A DNA stretch of 64,000 nt from the NCBI GenBank assembly GCA_964596355.1, contig CAZQTD010000001.1, positions 68,446-132,445 of the forward strand. Direction: 5' to 3'. The translations under genes were made by a program, and so were the position numbers. The stretch is from an uncultured Gammaproteobacteria bacterium (GTDB lineage: Bacteria > Patescibacteriota > Microgenomatia > UBA10105 > UBA927). Each line of letters starts with the position of its first letter. Position 1 is the stretch's first letter. The notes under the pieces are model-generated. The model saw only the letters and a program-made list of their open reading frames with translations. It had not been told where the DNA came from and ran no database searches. Shown here in pieces: positions 48,756 to 58,900 of the stretch.

Positions 48756-48855
48756 TGATGATTTGTTAGACCGTTAATGCTGTGCGGCCGCATGGAACAA
48801 AGCAGAAACCTACATGTCCATGCGGCCGCAACAGGGATTATACTATAATCAATCC

Positions 48856-51117
48856 ATGGGTTCGGATATCTGGCTTGTCCTGCGCTTTTGGGGGACGCTG
48901 TTTCTCATCGGGGCAGTGGCGTTTCCCCTGACGAAACTGCTGTTTTCACCATCGGGGTTAAACCGTAAAGAACATCAAGGCCTGACGCCGGGTTGGTTTG
49001 ACGACGGTTATTTGTTTTCCAAAGCCGTCGGCATGGCGGTCGTAACGTACTTCGTATACCTCGCGGGCATGCTCGGCGTCGCGCCGTTTACCGTGCCAAC
49101 GATTGCTGGAGCAATGGGCGTCGTGTTTGTTGGGGGAATTGTACTCCTTCTGGTGTTGAGGGGAGAGAGGGGAGAGAACAAGCGCATGGTTTTTTTGCTT
49201 GCGGCGGAAGAGCTGTTTTTCCTCGTCGCGCTCGTGTTTTGGTCCTGGGTAAAAGGCCATGAGCCGGATATCCACGGGCTGGAGAAGTTCATGGACTTCG
49301 GCTTCACAAAGTCTATCCTCAACAACTTATGGTTTCCCGCGCCGGACATGTGGTATGCGGGGTTGCCGATCAACTACTACTACTTTGGACATACCGTCCT
49401 TGCCGTTCTTACCAAATTGTCGGCATTAGATCTTGCCCACACGTTCAATCTGATGCTTGCGGCACTGTTTGCTCTCACGCTGACGATGAGCTTTTCCCTA
49501 GGGGTGCAGCTCGTACGGGGAGTACGGGGGATAGGGATGAGGGGGAAGATGGCAGGAGGGATCCTGACTTCCTTCCTTGTCACGCTTGCCGGCAACATGC
49601 AGACGATCTACGCGTTCACCAAAGGCTACGTCGGAGAAAACGTCCGACCGTTTTGGACGTTGGCGTGGAGCATTGGGGAAATAGGAGAGAAGCTCGCAGA
49701 GGGCATGGAGCGCTACTGGTACGCCAACGCGACGCGCTTTATCCCCTATACGATCCACGAGTTTCCCAGCTACTCATTCGTCGTGTCTGATATCCACGGG
49801 CACGTATTGAGTTTGCCGTTTGTTTTACTTGCTGTCGCGCTTCTTATCCATATGTTTAACTTACAGGGGGATAAGGGGGATAAGAGGGATAAGGGGGAAA
49901 AGATACGGTGGGGGAATATCCTGTTTTACGGCTTTCTGTGCGGCGTGCTTCTGATGACCAATGCGCTTGATGGGCCGATATACCTCGGACTGTTTGTTGT
50001 TTTGCTTGTGGCGACTCGTTGGACAAACTGGAAACAGATCATGGTTCCGGCGGGGCTCGTGGCAGCCAGTGCAGCACTCACAAGTCTTCCGTTTCTTTCG
50101 CACTTCACATCGTTTGTGTCAGGCGTTGCGATTAACTGCCCGCCGGCATTTCTTGCAAACTCCACCATCGGGCCGTTCCTGTTTGAAGGCGTGGAGAAGT
50201 GCCAGCATTCGCCTCTCTGGATGCTCTGGCTCCTGTGGGGGTTTTTCCTGTTTTGCGGGGCATTTCTGATTGTGCGGGCGGCACGGAAGGCTGATATGAC
50301 AGAGCGTTTGCTTGTGGTAGTGTTCCTTTTTAGCATCGCGCTCATCGTGTTTCCGGAGTTTTTTTACTTCAAAGACATCTATCCCGCGCATTTTCGGAGT
50401 AACACGATGTTTAAGCTGGGGTACCAGGCATACATCCTGTTTTCGATTGTCTCGGGATATACCATTGTTACCGTTGGTTTCAGAGATCATTATGATCCTG
50501 AAGGAAAATCCAAAATCCTCAATCCAAAGCACAAAATCCACATTGGAAGAACAGTATTCCTTATGCTGCTTGCGCCGCAGTTGTTTCTCGTTTCCATCTA
50601 TCCCATTTTTGCCGTGCGGTCGTACTTTGGAGAATTGCGGCAGTACAAAGGGCTGTACGGACTGGCGTGGCTGAAGATGCGCTATCCGGACGATTGGCAG
50701 GCGATTCGCTGGCTCAATGATCAAGTCGTCAGAGAGTTGCCCGTCATCGTTGAAGCGGATGGTGACAGCTATACAGACTATGCCAGGTATAGCGCCTTCA
50801 CCGGGCTTCCAACCATTATCGGCTGGCCGGTGCACGAGTGGTTGTGGCGCGGTAGCTACGACGTGGTTGGCCCGCGCAGGGAGGACGTGCGAAGGATCTA
50901 TGAATCCACTGACGTTAATGAGACCAGAGAGCTCCTTGCGGCCTACGGCGTGCGGTACATCGTCGTTGGGCTGCTTGAGCGGGAGAAGTTTCAGAACCTT
51001 GCCGAGTGGAAGTTTGCGGCACTGGGAACGGTGGTGTTCCGGCAGGGGATTACGACACTCTATCAAGTTCGCGAGCCTATTGACAAGAAGGCCGGAAGGT
51101 GGTTAAATACCCGCTAG
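48856..51117 (+). CDS. DUF2298 / YYY-domain membrane protein (GT-C-like)
   Basis: EKFMDFGF, D.WYAG..INYYYFGH, IHEFP.YSF...D.HGH, R.NTMFK..YQ, GWPVHEWLWR. Confidence 0.88.
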   Translation: MGSDIWLVLRFWGTLFLIGAVAFPLTKLLFSPSGLNRKEHQGLTPGWFDDGYLFSKAVGMAVVTYFVYLAGMLGVAPFTVPTIAGAMGVVFVGGIVLLLVLRGERGENKRMVFLLAAEELFFLVALVFWSWVKGHEPDIHGLEKFMDFGFTKSILNNLWFPAPDMWYAGLPINYYYFGHTVLAVLTKLSALDLAHTFNLMLAALFALTLTMSFSLGVQLVRGVRGIGMRGKMAGGILTSFLVTLAGNMQTIYAFTKGYVGENVRPFWTLAWSIGEIGEKLAEGMERYWYANATRFIPYTIHEFPSYSFVVSDIHGHVLSLPFVLLAVALLIHMFNLQGDKGDKRDKGEKIRWGNILFYGFLCGVLLMTNALDGPIYLGLFVVLLVATRWTNWKQIMVPAGLVAASAALTSLPFLSHFTSFVSGVAINCPPAFLANSTIGPFLFEGVEKCQHSPLWMLWLLWGFFLFCGAFLIVRAARKADMTERLLVVVFLFSIALIVFPEFFYFKDIYPAHFRSNTMFKLGYQAYILFSIVSGYTIVTVGFRDHYDPEGKSKILNPKHKIHIGRTVFLMLLAPQLFLVSIYPIFAVRSYFGELRQYKGLYGLAWLKMRYPDDWQAIRWLNDQVVRELPVIVEADGDSYTDYARYSAFTGLPTIIGWPVHEWLWRGSYDVVGPRREDVRRIYESTDVNETRELLAAYGVRYIVVGLLEREKFQNLAEWKFAALGTVVFRQGITTLYQVREPIDKKAGRWLNTR

Positions 51118-51265
51118 CAAACAATACGCGTGTTTCCTCATTAATAGTAACTAGCTGAACTTTCCCTTAAGAACGGACATTCTGCATGACGCATCAGTTG
51201 ACGAGTACATGATCAAATACCATCTGATGAGCAGATGATCATCTCGTGCTCATCGATTATAATCC

Positions 51266-52774
51266 ATGGCATTCCGAGCATCCGCACGATCAGGAAGTAA
51301 GAAGCACCCAGCTAAAGAGACCGTCAAGACCGAGCCAAACGCGGGTACGGTCGAACCGTCTGCGCCCGAGGCGATGCCCGCGGCGGCTCTAAGCGTAGAG
51401 GATTTGGTCGGTGCTGTGAAAGACGATCGTCCGGAAGGCGCTGTGCCCGCGGTAGAGCCTGCTTCTCTTCGGAAGAAGGAAGTCAAGCCGCCTCGTCGGG
51501 AGTCGTACGTTCGGCCGCCCAAGCTTCGTGATGAACCTTCCAGGATCGGGTTTTCCGGCAGAGGGCCCCGCCCATGGCGGAATCAGACCTTCACCCGCTC
51601 CAGTTTTCGGCGCGAGTGGAATAACCACGGCGCAAGCGGCGGCGAGGGATTTACCCAAGACATCGATGTTCCGACGGAAACCGTGCGCGGGATTTTAGAT
51701 ACCATGCCGGAAGGGCATGGATTTTTGCGCCCCAAATTTGCTCCAAGTGATCGTGACGTCTACATCTCGCAATCGCAAATCCGCCGATTTCTCCTTCGAA
51801 ACGGCGACATGGTGGAGGGGCAGGCAAGGCCTCCAAAAGATAACGAGCGGTATTTTGGCCTCCTGAAAGTGGAGAAAGTTAACGATCAGGATGCAGAAGG
51901 GTTGGGCGTGCGGCCTCGGTTTGACGATCTGACGCCCATTTATCCAAATAGGCACCTCAAGCTGGAAATCGGACAACAGCCGCTTTCCATCCGGATGATC
52001 GATTTGGTTGCTCCCATTGGATTCGGGCAGCGCGGTCTCATTGTTTCTCCGCCCAAGGCAGGCAAAACAACGATCCTCAAAGAACTTGCTGCTGGTGTTG
52101 CAGCCAACTACCCCGACGTCCACCTGATGGCGGCGTTAATCGGCGAGCGGCCGGAAGAAGTGACCGATCTATCCAGAAACATCAAAGGTGAAGTATTGGC
52201 GAGCAACTTTGATCAGTCTCCCAGTGAACAGACGAGAATAGCGGAAGTTGCCCTTGACCGCGCCAAGCGTCTGGTAGAAATGGGTAAAGACGTCGTCGTC
52301 CTTTTGGATTCCATCACCCGGCTTGCCCGCGCGTACAATCTGGTCGTCAACCCGTCGGGGCGGACGCTTTCCGGTGGGTTTGATCCGGCGGCGCTTTATC
52401 CTGCCAAGCGGTTTTTGGGAGCAGCTCGCTGTGTGGAAGCCGGCGGATCGTTGACCGTCATCGGTACTGCTCTTGTTGATACGGGCAGCCGCATGGATGA
52501 CCTCATTTACGAAGAGTTCAAGGGCACCGGCAACATGGAACTCCACCTGTCGCGGGCGCTTCAGGAGCGCAGGATTTTTCCGGCGATAGACTTAAGTAAA
52601 TCCGGCACGCGGCACGACGAGCTTCTTCTTGGTGACGATGTCATGAAAAAAATTGTGACGCTCCGCCACATGCTGTCGCTTCTGGGCGATGAGGAGCGTA
52701 CGTTGATGGTCATAGAGCGCCTTAGCAAGGCAAAATCAAACGAAGAATTCCTCGCCTCACTTGCCCAAGGGTAA
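51266..52774 (+). CDS. rho: Transcription termination factor Rho (N-terminal extension)
   Basis: [46 protein letters not shown]. Confidence 0.96.
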   Translation: MAFRASARSGSKKHPAKETVKTEPNAGTVEPSAPEAMPAAALSVEDLVGAVKDDRPEGAVPAVEPASLRKKEVKPPRRESYVRPPKLRDEPSRIGFSGRGPRPWRNQTFTRSSFRREWNNHGASGGEGFTQDIDVPTETVRGILDTMPEGHGFLRPKFAPSDRDVYISQSQIRRFLLRNGDMVEGQARPPKDNERYFGLLKVEKVNDQDAEGLGVRPRFDDLTPIYPNRHLKLEIGQQPLSIRMIDLVAPIGFGQRGLIVSPPKAGKTTILKELAAGVAANYPDVHLMAALIGERPEEVTDLSRNIKGEVLASNFDQSPSEQTRIAEVALDRAKRLVEMGKDVVVLLDSITRLARAYNLVVNPSGRTLSGGFDPAALYPAKRFLGAARCVEAGGSLTVIGTALVDTGSRMDDLIYEEFKGTGNMELHLSRALQERRIFPAIDLSKSGTRHDELLLGDDVMKKIVTLRHMLSLLGDEERTLMVIERLSKAKSNEEFLASLAQG

Positions 52775-52830
52775 AACACGTTTGACTAATTGGGCAAATG
52801 GGATAAATTTGCTATACTCAAACGAGGAGC

Positions 52831-53907
52831 ATGATCAAGGCATTCCGCGTGTTTTTTTCCGATGTTGCCATCTGGCGTGACGGATGGAAAAACTATCTCG
52901 AACGCCGCCTCAAACGCTTCGGCGTGTGGTTTGAGGCACAAAAAAGCGTCCTGGTTGACATCCTCATGGCAAGACGCGGTACGTACCAGCGTCCATTTTT
53001 GCATCTTTCGCTTGGACTTCTTTTGGTTGGCGGCGTGGTGAGCGCGCCGATGATTGCAAACGCGTACCCGGGCGGCATCCCCGACGCAGTCAATGAATAC
53101 ACGCCGTCAAGCGCTGTCGTCACGTCGCTTGACATGAGCGACTACGGCGTGCAGACGCAGGTGTCACAAAAGCCGCGCGATCAGGTAATTAGCTATAAAG
53201 TGCAGGAAGGCGACACGCTTAACAAAATCGCAAGCAAATTTGACATTTCTATTGAAACGATAGAGTGGGCAAATGATCTAAAAAGTGATACTTTGAGCTT
53301 AAATCAAGAACTCAAAATTCCGCCTGTGACCGGCATCGTGCACAAAGTGCGTGAAGGAGAAACAGTACAAAGTATAGCTAAAAAGTATCGAACTGATCCA
53401 CAAAACATCGTGAATTTTCCGTTTAACGACTTTTCTGATATGGACACGTTTGCACTCAACGTGGGGCAGACGCTCATTGTCCCCGACGGCATCCAGCCGC
53501 AGGCTGCACCGGTTGCCATCCCCATGCCGCAAATCGTTGCCGGCGGCACCGGGCATTTTATCTGGCCCACAAGCGGCACGATCACGCAGTATCCGATCTG
53601 GTACCATATGGCCTATGACATTGCCAACCCCGCAGCCCCCGGCATCATGGCGGCAGATAGCGGCGTGGTTACACTCGTAGACTACATGCGCTACGGCTAC
53701 GGCAATCACGTGATCGTGGAACACGGCGGCGGCATTTCTACGCTTTACGGCCACATGTCTGATATCTACGTTAAGCCGGGGGACAGGGTGGCGCGCGGCC
53801 AGGTGATCGGCCGCATGGGTAATACCGGCAGGTCGACCGGCACCCACCTCCATTTTGAGACACGCGTCAACGGCTCTGCAATCAATCCTGTAGGGTACTT
53901 CAGATAA
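52831..53907 (+). CDS. Membrane-anchored LysM x2 plus M23 peptidase
   Basis: YKVQEGDTL, HKVREGETV LysM domains; H...D, YGHM, STGTHLHFE. Confidence 0.92.
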   Translation: MIKAFRVFFSDVAIWRDGWKNYLERRLKRFGVWFEAQKSVLVDILMARRGTYQRPFLHLSLGLLLVGGVVSAPMIANAYPGGIPDAVNEYTPSSAVVTSLDMSDYGVQTQVSQKPRDQVISYKVQEGDTLNKIASKFDISIETIEWANDLKSDTLSLNQELKIPPVTGIVHKVREGETVQSIAKKYRTDPQNIVNFPFNDFSDMDTFALNVGQTLIVPDGIQPQAAPVAIPMPQIVAGGTGHFIWPTSGTITQYPIWYHMAYDIANPAAPGIMAADSGVVTLVDYMRYGYGNHVIVEHGGGISTLYGHMSDIYVKPGDRVARGQVIGRMGNTGRSTGTHLHFETRVNGSAINPVGYFR

Positions 53908-54525
53908 CCCAAATTTGACTAATTCGTCCAATTAGACTAATTTGGCCTTATGGGCGGATACAAAACCCTCCTCGTCTACCGGTGCGCCGTGACGATTTTT
54001 GATTTTAATGCGATCTTTTGTGAACGATTCCTCGCTGAACCCAAGCACCGCCGGACCGTGGAGCAGATGCACCATGCAGCCAGAAGCGGCAAACAAAATA
54101 TCGCCGAAGGGTCAAAAGAGCTCTCTGCGGCAAGCGATATCACGCTCAACAGCGTCAGCAGGAGTTCATATGCCGAGCTTTCCGAGGATTATGAGGACTT
54201 TTTGCGGTTACGGGGTTTGCCTGTTTGGGCAAAAACTGATCGGCGAGTTCTCCGTATCCGAGCATTCCGAGAATTAGTGGATCGTCCGACCAGTTTATCT
54301 GATATGGCCAGTTGGGCACATTTGGACGTTTTAAATCCGGAGCATTTTGCAAATCTCATGATCACGCTGTGCCAAAAACAGGGGTATCTCATGGATCAGC
54401 TGCTGCGTTTCAAGGAAAAGAAATGTGTGAAAGAAGGTGGATTTCGTGAGAACCTGTTCAAAAAACGAAAGATGTTTAAAGACAAATTCGTCAAATTTGA
54501 CAAATTGGGCTATTTAGGCTAATTT
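53908..54525 (+). repeat. Degenerate 9-bp tandem arrays flanking the four-helix-bundle gene
   Basis: 4 units (GACTAATTn-like) at 53908-53943, 5 units at 54481-54525; 3 more at 52784-52810. Confidence 0.85.
53950..54522 (+). CDS. Four-helix-bundle protein with suffix domain (23S IVS protein/Avd-like)
   Basis: GY..L..Y, RT..QM..AARSGKQNIAEG, R.S..EL..DYEDFLR, L..Q......F/C..EGGF.E.L. Confidence 0.9.
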   Translation: MGGYKTLLVYRCAVTIFDFNAIFCERFLAEPKHRRTVEQMHHAARSGKQNIAEGSKELSAASDITLNSVSRSSYAELSEDYEDFLRLRGLPVWAKTDRRVLRIRAFRELVDRPTSLSDMASWAHLDVLNPEHFANLMITLCQKQGYLMDQLLRFKEKKCVKEGGFRENLFKKRKMFKDKFVKFDKLGYLG

Positions 54526-54534
54526 GCATGGCAC

Positions 54535-54608
54535 GGGCCCGTAGCTCATTTGGCTAGAGCGTCTCTATGGCATAGAGAAGGTGGTCGGTTCGAATCCGAT
54601 CGGGTCCA
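54535..54608 (+). tRNA. tRNA-Ala(GGC)
   Basis: Cloverleaf; anticodon arm TCTCT-ATGGCAT-AGAGA; G3:U70; no encoded CCA. Confidence 0.93.
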
Positions 54609-54679
54609 CTCATTCGTTGCTTTGCTCCTCATGGCAAGCCGTTTGAAGGTTTATCCTAAGTGACGCTCGGCGTCACGAA

Positions 54680-54752
54680 GGGCCAGTAGCTCACCTGGTA
54701 GAGCGCTGCATTCGCATTGCAGAGGTAGGGGGTTCGATTCCCCCCTGGTCCA
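54680..54752 (+). tRNA. tRNA-Ala(CGC)
   Basis: Cloverleaf; anticodon arm CTGCA-TTCGCAT-TGCAG; G3:U70; no encoded CCA. Confidence 0.93.
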
Positions 54753-54787
54753 CAGAAGCCAAATTGGTCTCAGTGGCCCACTGTGCG

Positions 54788-55000
54788 TTATCGGGAGGTC
54801 GTCGCGCCGGCAACCATCGGTGCGGTTGGGGCAAGCTGGGTGTTAAGGAAGTTGCCGACGATCGCGCCGATGCCAAGCATCAGGGCAAACGCGACGACAA
54901 ACATCCACCCGCGCACAACAACCAGATAGTCGCCTTTGGCTTTCGTGCGCCTTGCTGAAAGAGGACGATGGTGCGCTCGCTTGAGAGCACGTTTTTTCAT
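54788..55000 (-). CDS. Small single-TM protein
   Basis: Basic N-terminus, TM, P.VAGATT C-terminal motif. Confidence 0.65.
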   Translation of the reverse strand: MKKRALKRAHHRPLSARRTKAKGDYLVVVRGWMFVVAFALMLGIGAIVGNFLNTQLAPTAPMVAGATTSR

Positions 55001-55155
55001 ACAAGTCTAGTGTGGCACGGAATTTCCCTCCTTGTCAACGTGTAATTTCACAAGGGATACATCAGAGATTGGTCCTTGACACGGCATTTCACGCCCTCCA
55101 TTATATATAATAAGGGTATCGGACGGTTTTCGGGTTTGAAACAGTCGGGTATTCC

Positions 55156-55926
55156 TTGAGACACGTGCCAGGAGTCATCGCCCGGTTTTTTGGCGTTTTA
55201 CGAATACTACGAGTACCACGTCTTGCCATTCTGGTTGTTGGTGCGGTCATTTGTATCACTACTATATATTTTGTTCTTGATTCGAAATTTACCCACCCGC
55301 GCCCCAAACCCACTTCCGCCGTAGTTAGTGACGTTTCTGCGCGATCATTCAACGTCGTCGTGACGTTTCAAGCTCCGGCGCCATTGTGCGCGGTTGCTGT
55401 TACGGTGATCCCGCCGTTTGTGTCTTTTCGTTGTTCTCACACACTGCGCGACATTCACCGCCTGTCGTTTTCCGGATTGTACCCACGGATGCCCTACGTG
55501 GTACTCGTGGGATACGGCACGAGCTGGTGGGTGCGCGCGCCTGCGCACGCAAGCTCTCTGCAGGGAACAACGCAGACAGTTCGTTTCCTTGCAACGACCA
55601 CGCGGGCAAAGGACTTCCTTCCGGCTGAACCCACGTGGCTTCTGGTGGGCACGGTCGTTGATGCCGTGGGCGTGCCGGTTCCTGACGCGGTTGTGACCGC
55701 GCAGGTGGGGCAGAGGAATCTGTTTTTCAGCACCACCACCAACCGCTTCGGCGGTTACCTCATGTCCATTCCGCTGTCTAGTATCCCCCCGAAAGGCGCA
55801 ACGCCGGACGATGATGCGGCAACGATACTCGTGCGCAAAGACGGGAAAGAAACCAGCGTTGTCCAGTCGCTTTCCCGCGTGTCACGGATCCCGCAGGAAA
55901 TGACACTAGAGTTAGTGCAACGGTAA
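55156..55926 (+). CDS. Membrane-anchored Fn3-like plus carboxypeptidase-regulatory-like beta-domain protein
   Basis: TM; VSDVSARSFNV..H...GLYP..Y; G.VVD..G.PV.DA.V...TTN..G.Y; start uncertain. Confidence 0.7.
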   Translation: MRHVPGVIARFFGVLRILRVPRLAILVVGAVICITTIYFVLDSKFTHPRPKPTSAVVSDVSARSFNVVVTFQAPAPLCAVAVTVIPPFVSFRCSHTLRDIHRLSFSGLYPRMPYVVLVGYGTSWWVRAPAHASSLQGTTQTVRFLATTTRAKDFLPAEPTWLLVGTVVDAVGVPVPDAVVTAQVGQRNLFFSTTTNRFGGYLMSIPLSSIPPKGATPDDDAATILVRKDGKETSVVQSLSRVSRIPQEMTLELVQR

Positions 55927-55936
55927 CCATATCATA

Positions 55937-58900
55937 ATGACTACGAAAAACACCAAACGATATCAGATTCTCAAAAGCGCAGGGATCATCCAGCTTCTGC
56001 CGCTCGTTCTTCTGGTTGGGTTCGCCACGACGATATTCGTTGTCGTGGGGCAGGTTGTCCGGAACCGGCAGGAGGTGCGGAGCCGTGCGGCGATCAATTG
56101 TTCCATGCTTCCTCCGGAAGATAAGGCTGCGTGCTTAGCTGCGAAAGAAGACGAAGAGCAAAATGAGCCCACCGGGCCATCCGGAGGTGGGTCTTCTACC
56201 GGAGGGACCGGAGGGACCGGAGGGATCGGAGGGACCGGAGGGACCGGAGGGACCGGTGGGACCGGTGGGACATCGGGGGGTACAGCAAGCTTCACGAGCG
56301 AGAAATCACAAAAAGCTAAATGCACCGACGGAAACACCCGGTGTCATAACGGCATCAGGCAATTTTGCGATGGCGGATCATGGGTGCCGGCGGGGGGAAC
56401 GTGTGGAGCTGGCGGTACGACGCCCGCGCAACCAACAGTTGTGGAAACTTCCCCGGCGACAACAGGGTGTACAACCGGTCAGAGCCGGTGCATTGATCAT
56501 ATACGGCACTACTGTATCGATGGCATGTGGCAATCACAGGGAACGTGTGACTTGGGAACAAACGCGACGCCTCCGCCGGTAATCACAGGAGAAGGTGGAC
56601 ATTGCGGGCAGAACGGCTACCGGCCATGTCCTGCGGGCGATTCCTGTGCCGCGGGATTAGTGTCGCTCGGCGGCATCTGCCAACCACCTCCGGCTGCTCC
56701 ACCGGCCGGTCAGGCGCCGGTTGTTGGGAATGAATGTTCAGGTCAAGGCTCATGGGCTTTAGGCGGCGTGATTTATAACTGTGTGGGCGGCACGTGGTCG
56801 ATAACCGGTGTTTATGAAACACCATCGCCCGCGCCACCGGCCGATGGAGGCGGGTGTACCGATGGGCAAACACGGTGCACCAATAATGTGAGACAACTTT
56901 GCGATGGCGGCGCATGGCATGACGTTGGTGCGTGCACCATCACCCGTGAGATACAATTTGTGGTTACACCAACATCAATAACTCCTAGCACCACCCCACC
57001 ACCTTCTGGTGTAGAACGTGGCAAGGGGCGTGACGGTAGGATTAATAGACGTGTCCGTTCGCTAACACCACCGCAACAGGCACCGGTCGTGGCAAACGTG
57101 ACGCCAACCAGAACTCCTGCGCAGCAAGCTAACTATATGGCCTGTATTGATGCTGCAACGTCATTTGGTCAGATTGTTGCATGTGATAAAAACAGCCGCC
57201 GCCCGCCGACGCCGACAGCTCCAGTCGAACCAGAACAGCCGTCAGGAGGATTCGGGGTATTGCTAGCATTCGACACATGCATAGGAACTCCAGGACAAAC
57301 TGCGTCTAGCTGTCGACGGTACCTATCAACCACGTCGACGACTCAACCATTAGAACCTTCCGCTAACGATGAGACAGGCGCTTCAGTCGTTGATGAGGGA
57401 GGGGGGACTCCTTCTGTGCCTGCCGCAACCACGCCTGTGGCTGGTGGCGCGGCGCTCACTTCAGGCGGAGAACTTGCCAGCACTGTTTCTTTAGGAAGTG
57501 ATATCGTCATCCACATTACCGCGGATCCGGTGCCTCAAACGAATTTGTTTGGACCCGATATGGTCAATCCGGTGCAGGCAGGCTCGGATGCGTATTCCGC
57601 GTGTATCCAGGGCGGCGGGGATCACGGCGGGTGCGAGGCGGTTGCGCGCGAAGCATATATCGCCGCCGAGCGCGCCTTGCCGGCGGGCATGTGGGACAAT
57701 CCGCAGTATCAACTGTATAAAGCAATCACCAATGCGCACAATGATGCGCGCGCGGCGTTTGTCGCGGTGCAGGAAAGCCAAGGCAGTACGTTTTCCGGAG
57801 ATGCGGCGCTGGACGATGTGACGGCGCTGGGTCAGGCAAGTGAGGCGCTCCTTCGGGCAATCGCTCAAGCAGCTGCTGAAGGGGCAACTCCTGAAGAACT
57901 TCACGAACTGGCGCTCTCCATGGCATCCAACCTCGGATCACAGGTTGGCACGGATGGATTCGCCAATATGCTCGCAAGTGTCAACAGCCCCGGTCCGGTA
58001 GGCGGCGCGCCGGCACCTGCTTCTGCGCAGGACCTTGCCATTGACTGCGAGGGCGCGGTGACGGATGACTGCGGAACGCTTGCGACCGTGGGCGTGGGCG
58101 CAAATACACCGGATATCTGGGACGACGGCGTCTGCACGGTCCAGCGGCAGGCAAACGGTTTATATAGAAATCTGGGGTGTACTGGCGCGGTATGGGGGCG
58201 CGTCGATCCAACCGGTGTTGTCATTGCCGTCTACACGTGTGCCGGCGGGCAAAATAGTTGCCGGTCAAATAGCGATGGGAACGGGATCTGTGATTACGGT
58301 GAAAATGGGAGCGAAAATCCCAATGATTGCCTTCCCGGAGTCACCGGAGGGTTAGGACTTGCGGAACAGAGTACGGGCACGGTCAATCCCAACTACCGCG
58401 AGGTCGACACGATTGAGGCTATTAGAATGAGAAACACGTTACAGCAGGTGCTGGAGGAGCACCCAGAACTTGTAGAAGAGCATGTTTCGAGTGATACCAG
58501 TTCGGGAGAAAACATTTTACCTGCTGCCATGATCCAAACGGCGCTCAACCAACTGGGGCTCACCGGATCTGCCGGACAACTGACGCTTGAGGACGTCTAT
58601 CGTACGTACTACGTCGATCAAATTTGCCAGCCCGATGACACGACCTGTGTGAACGCGCACGCCGATACACCCCTTGCCGACCTGCGGATAGAAAGTGAGG
58701 CGGTGAATTTATGCGCACTTCGCGGGGATACCACTGACAGTTGTGTTAGCGAGGTTATTGAAGATTTTGGCGGGAATGAAGAAGAGCTCCTTGCGGCGAT
58801 TAATCAGCAACAACTGTCCAATGACCGCCGCGCCGCATGCGGGTATGCAGAGGGTGGAGGCGCCGTTGGCAGACAGGATGCCGCGTACATCGCGTGCGTA

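Noticed and set aside
53950-54522. Diversity-generating retroelement (Avd)
   Set aside because: The fold is Avd-like, but no reverse transcriptase and no TR/VR pair differing at adenines is visible.
54609-54679. Prophage/ICE att site at the tRNA-Ala pair
   Set aside because: There is no integrase and no duplicated tRNA 3' end. The spacer holds only short REP-like hairpins (GTGACG-CTCGG-CGTCAC).
56198-56270. 9-bp ACCGGAGGG array as a member of the dispersed repeat family
   Set aside because: It is explained by a Gly-Gly-Thr protein linker. The collagen repeats at about 34620-34720 are likewise protein-driven.
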